Source of the DNA: an uncultured Candidatus Saccharibacteria bacterium
GTDB taxonomy: Bacteria; Patescibacteriota; CPR2; UBA1875; CAIMLA01
Direction of reading: 5' to 3'
Assembly: GCA_964594415.1 (NCBI GenBank)
Contig: CAZQLQ010000004.1
Span: 19,162-83,161, forward strand
Length of the DNA stretch: 64,000 bases
Below the pieces are notes generated by a model. That model made no database searches. It was not told the origin of the DNA and was given only the letters and a program-made list of their open reading frames with translations. The stretch's first letter is position 1. The number at the start of each line of letters is the position of its first letter. Below are positions 28,356 through 37,354 of this stretch, piece after piece. Made by a program: the position numbers and the translations under genes.

Positions 28356-31300
28356 ATGCAAGACATAATCTCTGCCGTTATTAGTGGCATGTGGTTTTTA
28401 ATTGTTTGGACTTGGTGGATTGTTGTACCAATAATTCTTTATTATGCATGGAAAAATTTTAAAAAAGCCGAATATGTTGATAAGACTGAACACGAGGTTT
28501 TGTCGATAAAAATCCCAAAAAACAACGACAAGGGACCAATTGGGGCAGAGATGATGTTTGCATCTCTTCACGGGATATTACAGCCAGAAAGCGTAAGACA
28601 AAAAGGAGTTACCGTCCAAGAACATATCAGTTTTGAAATTGTAGCAACTTCTAGCTCAATTGAGTTTTTTGTTTGGACACCAAAACAACTTACCAACTTT
28701 GTTGAAGGCCAAATATACGCCCAGTATCCAACCGCCGAAATAACAAAAGTCAAGGATTATTCGCAAAATATCGACATCGACGACGATAAGATAGATGATG
28801 CGATTGCAGGAACTGAGCTAAGATTGCTAAAAGACGATATCTACCCGATAAAAACTTTTCAAAATTTTGAAGTAGATCCACTTGCCGGAATAACAGGAAT
28901 GCTTTCAAATCTCGAAGAATCAAGCGAAAAGATTTGGATTCAAATATTGGCGAGGCCGGTAGATGATAATTGGAGAGAGAAAGGTATTGGACACATCTCA
29001 GTAAAAAAGAGCGGAGTAAAACCACAAACAACAAAAGACCTCTTGAAAGAAGTCCTGTTAATGCCGATTAAAATCATACCAGAACTAATAACCATGGCAG
29101 TCAACCCCGGGGCCGAAACTAAGAAAGAGGAGAAAAAGGAAACTCCTAAGCTTTCACATGCAGAAGAAGCTGAGCTCTCAGCTATTGAACTCAAAGCTAA
29201 CAAGCTTGGATATAAAGTAATTATAAGAATTACTTATCTTGCAAAAAATACGGAAAAAGCAGTAGAACGGATTCAATCAATAGTCGGAGCATTTAAACAA
29301 TTCAATACGACAAATTTGAATGGCTTTGCATCAGAAAAAATCTACAGTGGCACCGATTTTTTAAATTCATATCGCGCAAGGCTATTTAACGAAGAAGGTT
29401 ATATACTGAATATTGAAGAGCTTGCGAGCCTTTACCATTTACCAAATATTACCGTGGAAACACCAAATATCGTTTGGACATCTTCGAAAAAAGGGGAACC
29501 GCCTGCAAATGTTAGATTTGTTGATAATACCCCAGATGAAAAAATAGATCCCGATATAACTCTTTTAGCACAAACAACCTACAGAGGCCAGAATAAGCCT
29601 TTTGGAATAACTCGTGATGACCGCAGAAGACACATGTATATAATAGGGAAGAGCGGAACCGGAAAATCAAGACTGTTAGAAAATCTAGCAATATCCGATA
29701 TTCAAAAAGGGGAGGGAGTAGCGATAGTTGATCCTCACGGGGAATTAATTGATAGAATATTGAAATATATTCCAAGAAACAGAATTGACGATGTAGTATA
29801 TTTCAACCCCGCAGATAGAAACTTTCCAATCGCTTTTAATCCGCTAGAGTGTACGCCCGACATGAGGGAAGAAGTCGCTAATGGCTTTGTTTCCGTATTA
29901 AAAAGAATGTTTGGGTATTCATGGGGTCCCAGATTGGAATATGTCCTTAAGCATACTGTTTTAGCACTTGTAGAAGCTGACGATACTACTATGCTAGGAA
30001 TTGTCAGAATGCTTACCGATAGAAATTATAGAAAAAAGGTAGTTTCTCAGGTAACAAATCCTGTCGTACAAATGTTTTGGCTCAAAGAATTCGCTTCGTA
30101 TAATGACAAGATGGCCACAGAAACAATAGCTCCAATATTAAATAAGGTGGGACAATTTACTTCCTCTGCGGTAATTAGAAATATTGTTGGACAAGTAAAA
30201 AGCAACATTGATTTTGCTAAAATCATGAACGAACAAAAAATCCTGTTAGTTGATCTTTCAACTGGAAAAATTGGGGAAGCAAATTCAGAGCTTTTAGGAT
30301 CTATGATTATTACAAAGATACAGCAAGCGGCGATGTCCAGAGCTTATATTCCTGAAGAGGAAAGAAAAGATTTTTATCTATATGTTGATGAATTTCAAAA
30401 TTTTGCCACAGATTCGTTTGCTACAATCCTTTCAGAAGCCCGTAAATATCGCTTATCGCTCACGGTGGCTAACCAATATATTGCTCAAATGGAAGAAACG
30501 GTAAGAGATGCTGTATTTGGCAATGTCGGCACCTTAGTCTCTTTTAGAGTAGGAGCCACGGATGCGGCTTTTTTGGAAAAAGAATTTGCAGGAATATTTC
30601 TTCAAAATGATATAACCAATCTTGATAATCGTCATATCTACTTGTATATGCTGATAGACGGCGTTACGAGTATTCCATTTAGCGCCATGACACTAAACTC
30701 TCCTCATATTACCGACAATCTTTCAACGATTATCACTGCAGTTTCCAGGGAAAGATACGGAACACCTCTTGCTTCAGTTGAGGAAGCTATTAAGAAGTGG
30801 TACGGGGTAGATAATGTTATTGCTGGAATTGAAGCAAACGAAAACAGACAACAGGAAGTCTATATTGATTCCTCAGCAGAAAGTCAAGTTAATACAACAA
30901 CTATAGAACAGGAATATAGGAAATATTTAAAAGAACTGGAATTAAGTCAAATTGAAGATGACAATAAAAAGAAAGGCGAATCAGAACAAAACAGAAAGCC
31001 CGCAGAAAAAAATAAGGCAGAGGAGCCAAAGCCACAACCCAATAAAATAATCCCAGAGATAATAACAGAAAAAACAAACAAAGACTCTGAGGAAACCTCA
31101 GCTTCTATCTCAAAAATTGACAATAAACCCGCCGTAAAATTAAATAATGATAATGTTAAGCAGATTAAAGTCGATAAGAATGAACTTAAAAAGCTTATCA
31201 AAGAACTTACCACCCCTACTCCTAAAAATGAGGAGAGTACCAACGAGAAGAAGGAAGAATTAATTACTGATACGCATAACATTCCCCCTATCAATCTTCC

Positions 31301-31412
31301 TGGAAAGAATAGGGAAGAAGAGGCCATAGAAATAATTAACACAAATTCCGCTATAAACAAAAAACAAGCAGGAGAAAATGAGCTCAAACCAGGAGATATA
31401 ATTAAATTTTAA
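28356..31412 (+). CDS. membrane-anchored VirB4/VirD4-family (TraG/TraD/TrwB-like, AAA_10-type) P-loop ATPase with long disordered K/E/N/T-rich C-terminal tail
   Basis: 1018 aa; N-terminal hydrophobic anchor 'ISAVISGMWFLIVWTWWIVVPIILYYAW'; ~390-aa soluble domain; Walker A 'IIGKSGTGKS', 'AIVDPHGELIDRI' (T4SS-ATPase DPxGE-type motif), Walker B 'YLYVDEFQNF', 'RKYRLSLTVANQYIAQMEETV…GNVGTLVSFRV' (T4CP/VirB4 C-terminal motif); last ~240 aa low complexity; AAGGGGGA SD 14 nt after preceding gene. Confidence 0.55.
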   Translation: MQDIISAVISGMWFLIVWTWWIVVPIILYYAWKNFKKAEYVDKTEHEVLSIKIPKNNDKGPIGAEMMFASLHGILQPESVRQKGVTVQEHISFEIVATSSSIEFFVWTPKQLTNFVEGQIYAQYPTAEITKVKDYSQNIDIDDDKIDDAIAGTELRLLKDDIYPIKTFQNFEVDPLAGITGMLSNLEESSEKIWIQILARPVDDNWREKGIGHISVKKSGVKPQTTKDLLKEVLLMPIKIIPELITMAVNPGAETKKEEKKETPKLSHAEEAELSAIELKANKLGYKVIIRITYLAKNTEKAVERIQSIVGAFKQFNTTNLNGFASEKIYSGTDFLNSYRARLFNEEGYILNIEELASLYHLPNITVETPNIVWTSSKKGEPPANVRFVDNTPDEKIDPDITLLAQTTYRGQNKPFGITRDDRRRHMYIIGKSGTGKSRLLENLAISDIQKGEGVAIVDPHGELIDRILKYIPRNRIDDVVYFNPADRNFPIAFNPLECTPDMREEVANGFVSVLKRMFGYSWGPRLEYVLKHTVLALVEADDTTMLGIVRMLTDRNYRKKVVSQVTNPVVQMFWLKEFASYNDKMATETIAPILNKVGQFTSSAVIRNIVGQVKSNIDFAKIMNEQKILLVDLSTGKIGEANSELLGSMIITKIQQAAMSRAYIPEEERKDFYLYVDEFQNFATDSFATILSEARKYRLSLTVANQYIAQMEETVRDAVFGNVGTLVSFRVGATDAAFLEKEFAGIFLQNDITNLDNRHIYLYMLIDGVTSIPFSAMTLNSPHITDNLSTIITAVSRERYGTPLASVEEAIKKWYGVDNVIAGIEANENRQQEVYIDSSAESQVNTTTIEQEYRKYLKELELSQIEDDNKKKGESEQNRKPAEKNKAEEPKPQPNKIIPEIITEKTNKDSEETSASISKIDNKPAVKLNNDNVKQIKVDKNELKKLIKELTTPTPKNEESTNEKKEELITDTHNIPPINLPGKNREEEAIEIINTNSAINKKQAGENELKPGDIIKF

Positions 31413-31880
31413 CATTTATAATTTAATTGCTATTAAGCACAACAATTATAAAAAGCAGACTAAAGGCTAACATCCCCTAATCCCTTCAAAATATATAGAT
31501 CAATAATGTTCTAAAAATTTAATTACTTAGGATAGATTTAAGAAAGGGAAGAAAACAATTATAATGTCGCACAATATATCTTGGACGACATTTAACATTT
31601 CCGAAATCTTGCTAACGTCTGGTTATTTAATTTATAAAAATAGTCTTTTTATTTATAGAGAGCCAAAATATGTAAGCATACACTAGAGTAATAGTATAAC
31701 CATAGTTAGGTTCTAGCAAATAATATTTAATTGTTATAAAAATTATTTATATTATTATTTAATATTTATTTTAAATTTAAAAAGCTGGATGCTCTCTCGA
31801 TTTTATTTAGGCCTAAATAAATAATTAATTATTTATTTAATTAATTATTAGGGGACTCCCCTGTCAGACAATGATTCCGT
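31413..31880. other. 468-bp extremely AT-rich convergent intergenic region with several inverted repeats
   Basis: no ORF on either strand; AATGTCG-N16-CGACATT (31563–31592); long A/T palindromic tract (31812–31848); GGGGACTCCCC (31851–31861) followed on minus strand by a U-rich run (probable ftsQ/dcw terminator). Confidence 0.5.
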
Positions 31881-32714
31881 TTATTTATAAAAAATTTTAT
31901 TTTCTGCGCGGAGATCCACATACTCCAACTTGACGCCTTTATTTTTCGCGTCTTGTATTATCCTTGATAGATTAACTAATTGACTTTCCGCATTATATTC
32001 AGGATTAAAGTAAGCATACCAGCCTGCATCTGTAATAACTTTCATTTCGTCAATTGTATTGATAAGCTCAATGCTCCTGACCTCCACCTCTGCTAAACGA
32101 AGGAAATCAATATTAATTATATTTATCAAATTAATCAAATTACTGTTAAACGACTTGGAACCGTTTTCAATTTCTAAGCCTCTATTATCCTTAATTAAAG
32201 GCACATTTGAATATTTTTCATCTTCTAATAAAAACGCGTAGCCGTTTTCATCAATCAAAAATCGGCCCTTTGGATGTTCAAGTATAAAGATTGGTCCTCT
32301 TTCCTCAATTTCAATAGCTATCTTATTTGGGAGTCTTCTAATTATTTTGATATTTTTAATTGATGGTGAATACTGAATTTTTTCAGCTAACTTAGAAGTA
32401 TTGATCGTAACAATGTTTCTGTTAAAAAAACTCTTAATAAATTCCTGGGATCTGGTGAGTACAATTTCTCTGTCGATATAGACCGTTTCGCCGATTTCCA
32501 CTTCCTTTACCATAAAGACTGGGGAGAAAAAAACTAGATAAACCAATCCGAAAAGCAAACAAAGAAAAGATATTAAGCCAAGATTAACCTTCCTCTGTTT
32601 GCCCTCCATATCTGAGGTTCGATTATAGATCGCTGGTTGCCTATAAGTCTTTTTTCTTCTATTAAAATTCCGAGGTCTAACTTGTTTTCTCATATTCTTG
32701 TTTAATTTCTGCAA
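31881..32714 (-). CDS. ftsQ: cell division protein FtsQ/DivIB (POTRA domain)
   Basis: single TM 'LISFLCLLFGLVYLVFFSPVF' then POTRA-like 'VKEVEIGETVYIDREIV'; last gene of dcw cluster; start uncertain (overlaps murG end). Confidence 0.7.
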   Translation of the reverse strand: MQKLNKNMRKQVRPRNFNRRKKTYRQPAIYNRTSDMEGKQRKVNLGLISFLCLLFGLVYLVFFSPVFMVKEVEIGETVYIDREIVLTRSQEFIKSFFNRNIVTINTSKLAEKIQYSPSIKNIKIIRRLPNKIAIEIEERGPIFILEHPKGRFLIDENGYAFLLEDEKYSNVPLIKDNRGLEIENGSKSFNSNLINLINIINIDFLRLAEVEVRSIELINTIDEMKVITDAGWYAYFNPEYNAESQLVNLSRIIQDAKNKGVKLEYVDLRAENKIFYK

Positions 32715-33849
32715 ACTTGCTTCCGAAGCTTACTATCTCATTAGCAATCATCTTCGCTGAATCAGGAACATACGTTTCATTTAATTTCTTAGCCAAGAGC
32801 TTCATTTCTTCTGGATTTTCAAATAGCAGATCTACTTGTCGCTTAAGCCCCTTTGGAGTCAAGTGTTCTTGAAGCATTGTCAGAACAGCACCTTGCCTAG
32901 AAAGAATTTGGGCATTACTTAGTTGATGGTTATTTGCCGAGGAAGGCAAAGGAATAAGTATTGCTGTTTTTTTTAAGGCAGCGAGTTCAGCAATTACATT
33001 ATTACTAGCACGAGAAATTACCAAGTCAGCCGCTGCGTAGGCATCTTCTAAATCCTTTGATAAAAAGTTAAAGACAAGGTAATTTTTTGACAATTCATTT
33101 GGTAGTTTCTTAGCTTGGAATTTAAGCCAGTCATAATCAAGTTCCCCGGTTATGTGAATTAGCTGATATTTCTTTAATAAATCGTTGAGAGACTCAAAAA
33201 TCAAATTATTGATAGCTGATGATCCTTGACTACCACCTATTACTAAAATAGTTTTTTTATCGGCCAACCCGAACTTTTCTAGTGCTTCTTTTCTTGAACC
33301 TTTGAGAATGTCTACTCGAACTGGATTGCCGGTATATTTAACAACGTCCGGATCTATTTCAGAATACCTCTTAATGTCATAGCCAACACAAACTCTGTCA
33401 GCCTTCTTGGCGAGAATCTTGTTCGCTAGTCCCATCACGCTATCTGATTCATGGATTACGAGTGGAAATCCAAGATGTTTTGCAGCTAAGCCAACGGGCA
33501 AACTTACAAAGCCTCCTTTGCAAAAAACTACGTCGGGATCAAACTCTTTAATTATTTTTCGGGATTCAATATACCCAGAGCTAAACCTGAATAGATCTTT
33601 TAAATTTTTGAAGAAAGTATAAGGATTAACGATATTAAGTATAAGGCTATTATGATACCTTCTAAATTTACCGCTTTTAATAGCTTTGAAATGAACTCCT
33701 GTTTGTGGAACAATCCTGCCTTCCATTCCATCCTTTGAGCCGATATAAAGAATCTCGGGTTCCTTTGCAACCTCGTTAAGCTCTCCTATAACCGCTAATA
33801 TTGGCAAAATATGGCCACCTGTCCCGCCACCAGACACTATGATTTTCAT
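32677..33849 (-). CDS. murG: UDP-GlcNAc–undecaprenyl-PP-MurNAc-pentapeptide GlcNAc transferase
   Basis: 'KIIVSGGGTGGHILP' N-terminal G-loop; 390 aa; dcw context. Confidence 0.9.
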   Translation of the reverse strand: MKIIVSGGGTGGHILPILAVIGELNEVAKEPEILYIGSKDGMEGRIVPQTGVHFKAIKSGKFRRYHNSLILNIVNPYTFFKNLKDLFRFSSGYIESRKIIKEFDPDVVFCKGGFVSLPVGLAAKHLGFPLVIHESDSVMGLANKILAKKADRVCVGYDIKRYSEIDPDVVKYTGNPVRVDILKGSRKEALEKFGLADKKTILVIGGSQGSSAINNLIFESLNDLLKKYQLIHITGELDYDWLKFQAKKLPNELSKNYLVFNFLSKDLEDAYAAADLVISRASNNVIAELAALKKTAILIPLPSSANNHQLSNAQILSRQGAVLTMLQEHLTPKGLKRQVDLLFENPEEMKLLAKKLNETYVPDSAKMIANEIVSFGSKFAEIKQEYEKTS

Positions 33850-34994
33850 TATCTTCCCTCCTTTGTGCTATGTCTTGAAATATTTAAAAGCAACCCGCAA
33901 GAAAACATTAACATAATCAACGAAGAACCTCCATAACTAATAAACGGTAGGGGCACTCCTGTAAGCGGAATTAACGATAGTATTGCCATGATGTTAATAA
34001 AAGCCTGGGTGATAATCCACGTAGTAATGCCCGTAGCAACCAATCTTGAGTAACAATCAGGTGCGTTTCTGGCAATAATATAACCCCTGTAAGCGAAAAA
34101 GACGAATAGAAATACTATTAAACTTGCTCTGATCATCCCAAGTTCCTCGCAAATAATCGCGAATATAGAATCAGTAGCTGGTTCAGGTAAATAATTAAAT
34201 TTCTGCCTTGACTGACCGAAGCCAAGCCCCCATAGTCCTCCCGATCCGACAGTAAGTAGCGCTTGACTTATCTGGTACCCTGCATTTGTTTTATCTGCAC
34301 CAGGATTTAAGAATATAAGAACTCTTTGCACTCTGTATGGCTCCAATTTGATTAGTGCTATAAGCCCTAGGCAACCTATTGAAAACAAGGAAACTAAATG
34401 ACTTATTTTCGCACCAGAAGTAAAAAACATTATGCCAGCAATTACGATAGTAACAAGCGCCGTTCCCATATCTCTCTGCATTAAAAGAACAATTATAATT
34501 ATTGCTAAAAGCAATATACTAAAAGGAAATAGAGTCTTCTTAATGTCGGCAACGTCCTTTCCTTTCATTTCAAACCAGGTAGCTAGATATAAAATCAAGG
34601 CTATTTTCATGGCCTCCGAAGGCTGAAAAGTAGTAAAGCCAATATTTATCCATCTTTTGGCGCCATTTGCTTCTATTCCAACGCCAGGAATAAAAACAGT
34701 AAATAGTAGAAAAACGCCAATTATCAATAATACAGGCGAAAGTTTTTTCCAAAAGTTGTAATCAATCTTGTATCCAATATAGAGAGCGAAGAAAGAAATA
34801 AAAACGGAAACAAATTGGGAAAAAAAATAATAATTATCAGGCCTCCCGTCATTTCTGCTTAAGACTACAGAAGCCGAAAAAACTGTTATTAAGCCAATAG
34901 ACAAAAGCAAAAAAACACATATTGAAAGCCAATGATCAGGCTTTGCCGTCCGACTACTTACAAGTGTTTTTCTTTTACTCCTAGATAGCGACAT
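33849..34994 (-). CDS. ftsW: SEDS-family peptidoglycan glycosyltransferase FtsW
   Basis: 381 aa, ~10 TM, SEDS conserved blocks; between mraY and murG. Confidence 0.85.
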   Translation of the reverse strand: MSLSRSKRKTLVSSRTAKPDHWLSICVFLLLSIGLITVFSASVVLSRNDGRPDNYYFFSQFVSVFISFFALYIGYKIDYNFWKKLSPVLLIIGVFLLFTVFIPGVGIEANGAKRWINIGFTTFQPSEAMKIALILYLATWFEMKGKDVADIKKTLFPFSILLLAIIIIVLLMQRDMGTALVTIVIAGIMFFTSGAKISHLVSLFSIGCLGLIALIKLEPYRVQRVLIFLNPGADKTNAGYQISQALLTVGSGGLWGLGFGQSRQKFNYLPEPATDSIFAIICEELGMIRASLIVFLFVFFAYRGYIIARNAPDCYSRLVATGITTWIITQAFINIMAILSLIPLTGVPLPFISYGGSSLIMLMFSCGLLLNISRHSTKEGR

Positions 34995-36061
34995 TAACTA
35001 TATCCTCTACCTAAAAGGGAGATAACCACGCCCATTAAAGCCGAAATCGCCCCGATTATCCAAAGTCTCATTGTTATTTTTGTCTCGGGCCAACCAATAG
35101 CTTCTAGGTGATGATGTACTGGTGCGGAAAGAAAGACTTTTTTTCCGTTTCTAAGTCTTTTTGATGTAAGTTGGATTATAACCGACAAGGTTTCCGCCAC
35201 AAAAACAAAGCCTATTACGGGCAATACTAGTGCAGTATTTGTAAGCATAGCGACTACCCCGAGTGTTGCCCCTAGAGCCACGGCACCGGTGTCCCCCATC
35301 AAAAATCTCGCTGGATAAATATTAAACCAAGTATAGGCCAAGACAGCTCCCGCTACAGTTGCGCAAAAAGAAGCCAACCCAAAATTACCTTGGAAAAAAG
35401 AAATTACCGAATAAGCGCCAAACGAAGCAGCTAAAAGTCCTCCCGCTAGCCCATCCAAGCCGTCAGTAATGTTGACTGCGTTTGCAGTAGCAAAGACAAT
35501 AAAAATAAATATCGGGATATAAAAGATTCCTACATTAACATCGCCATATGCAGGGATATGCAGGATATTCCACCCAAGCTTATAATAAAACCAGTATGCG
35601 CCAATACCAGAAAAAATCAGTATCCAAGCCGCTTTTATCTTTGATTTCACTCCGGCTATGCCTCCAGTAGAACGAATATTTACAAAATCGTCAATCAGAC
35701 CAAGAAGTCCTATCGAAACAATAGTAAAAAGAGGTAACCAGGTTTGCGCCCTATCAAGATTAAAAATAGAAGTTATCACCGCCACCGTGAACCAAATAAT
35801 AACACCCGCCATTGTGGGTATATTTCTCTTGTGCTTTTCTTTGTGAAGACTGTAATAAACAGGAGCCTTTTCTTTGCCTCCACCTATCCATGCCGTATCT
35901 TTGATTTGCTTCCACCATTTATATTTGAAGGCAAAATGAGTAAATATAGGAGTAATAGCTACTGCGATAATAAAGCTAAGAGTAGATAAGCTCATCAGCT
36001 TAATAATTTGTTGCATAGCTAATTGTTCGTTAATGTTAATTACTATTGATTGCTCTATCAT
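34994..36061 (-). CDS. mraY: phospho-N-acetylmuramoyl-pentapeptide transferase
   Basis: polytopic; 'NAVNITDGLDGLAGG' and 'MGDTGAVALGATLG' MraY signatures. Confidence 0.9.
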   Translation of the reverse strand: MIEQSIVININEQLAMQQIIKLMSLSTLSFIIAVAITPIFTHFAFKYKWWKQIKDTAWIGGGKEKAPVYYSLHKEKHKRNIPTMAGVIIWFTVAVITSIFNLDRAQTWLPLFTIVSIGLLGLIDDFVNIRSTGGIAGVKSKIKAAWILIFSGIGAYWFYYKLGWNILHIPAYGDVNVGIFYIPIFIFIVFATANAVNITDGLDGLAGGLLAASFGAYSVISFFQGNFGLASFCATVAGAVLAYTWFNIYPARFLMGDTGAVALGATLGVVAMLTNTALVLPVIGFVFVAETLSVIIQLTSKRLRNGKKVFLSAPVHHHLEAIGWPETKITMRLWIIGAISALMGVVISLLGRGYS

Positions 36062-37350
36062 ATATTATCCTCCCTAAGACTTTTTCTGAATTTTTCCTTC
36101 TTATCTTGCCACATTTTTGATTGCCTAACAAGTAACTCCTCTGATTCTATAGGCCTTTTAAGAATCTTTTTTACAGCTTCCTCTAAGAATACTCCGTTTT
36201 GAGAGCCTTTAAATAATACCACATCCCCTTTTCTAATAATACCTGCTAGATATTCACCAGCCTTGTAAGGGTCTTGGAAATATTGAACACAATTTTTGTT
36301 CAATCCTTCTAAGGCGATTTCTAGAGAGTATTCTTTGGTTTTTCTACCAACAAAAATAATTAGATCTGCAACCTCTACAGCCTTTTTTGACACCTTTTCA
36401 TGGCCCTCCTTTTCGTAATCACCCAGCTCATTCATTGAGCCCAATACTGCAATTTTTCTCCCCTCAAATCTGTTTAGTACTTCAAGAGCCGCTAAAGCAG
36501 ATTCCGGATTAGCATTATAACTATCGTCTATAATCAAGCCTTGGTTAATCCCCTCTAAGAGGCGCATTCTTCCTTTCTCAGGGAAAATATTTTCAAGATC
36601 GCCTAATTTATCCTCTAACTCAAAGCCCATACAGTTAATCACAGCAAGCGCTGACAATATTGAAGGAACAAAATGTTCACCAAGGAAGTTAGTCTTGACA
36701 TAGAAATGTTTTTTGTCTTTTCTAATATAAAAAGACAGCTTTCCACTTTCCTCAAATTCAACTTTGTCATACTGGAAGCTAGACCCCCCCTTTCTTCCAA
36801 AAGTTATTATTCTCGCTTTAGTTCTATTTGCCATGTTCCCGACTCTTTCATCGTCGTTATTTAGAATTACATATCCAGTGGGATCGGTAAATTCAACCAA
36901 ATTACCTTTCTCCTTTTCAACAGCCTGAATGTCTTTAAATTTTTCCAGATGAGTCGGCAATACAGAGGTAACAACAGAAATTTTTGGCTTAATAAAGGAC
37001 ATGAAATACAAAATATCACCTGGCTTATCAGCACCAAATTCCAAAATAATCCTTTTATAAGGAGCCTTTTTGAGAAATTTAATCTTTATCTTTATTAATA
37101 CTATTAACCAAGCAAATATACTTTTACTCTTTGATGGCACCTTCTCTTTAAAAATAGCTAGCGGTATACCAATCTCTGTATTGTAAGCCTCATTCGGAAT
37201 ATATGTTTCATTATCGGAAACTAATTTAGATAAAATAAATTTTGTAGTAGTTTTGCCTGCACTCCCCGTAATTGCTATTACTTCAATATTATTTTTCTTT
37301 AAATAATATTTAGCAAAAAGTCTTAAGAAATAAGCTATTAACCTACTCAT
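36058..37350 (-). CDS. murF: Mur ligase, most likely UDP-MurNAc-tripeptide–D-Ala-D-Ala ligase
   Basis: 'IAITGSAGKTTTKFIL' P-loop (MurF-like GSxGKTTTKE), Mur-ligase middle and C-terminal domains; position ftsI–[ligase]–mraY. Confidence 0.7.
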   Translation of the reverse strand: MSRLIAYFLRLFAKYYLKKNNIEVIAITGSAGKTTTKFILSKLVSDNETYIPNEAYNTEIGIPLAIFKEKVPSKSKSIFAWLIVLIKIKIKFLKKAPYKRIILEFGADKPGDILYFMSFIKPKISVVTSVLPTHLEKFKDIQAVEKEKGNLVEFTDPTGYVILNNDDERVGNMANRTKARIITFGRKGGSSFQYDKVEFEESGKLSFYIRKDKKHFYVKTNFLGEHFVPSILSALAVINCMGFELEDKLGDLENIFPEKGRMRLLEGINQGLIIDDSYNANPESALAALEVLNRFEGRKIAVLGSMNELGDYEKEGHEKVSKKAVEVADLIIFVGRKTKEYSLEIALEGLNKNCVQYFQDPYKAGEYLAGIIRKGDVVLFKGSQNGVFLEEAVKKILKRPIESEELLVRQSKMWQDKKEKFRKSLREDNI

Positions 37351-37354
37351 GATC

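Noticed and set aside
31413-31880. Chromosomal replication origin in the AT-rich spacer
   Set aside because: Only a single partial DnaA-box-like sequence (agatccaca) and no dnaA/dnaN nearby; there is no array of boxes.
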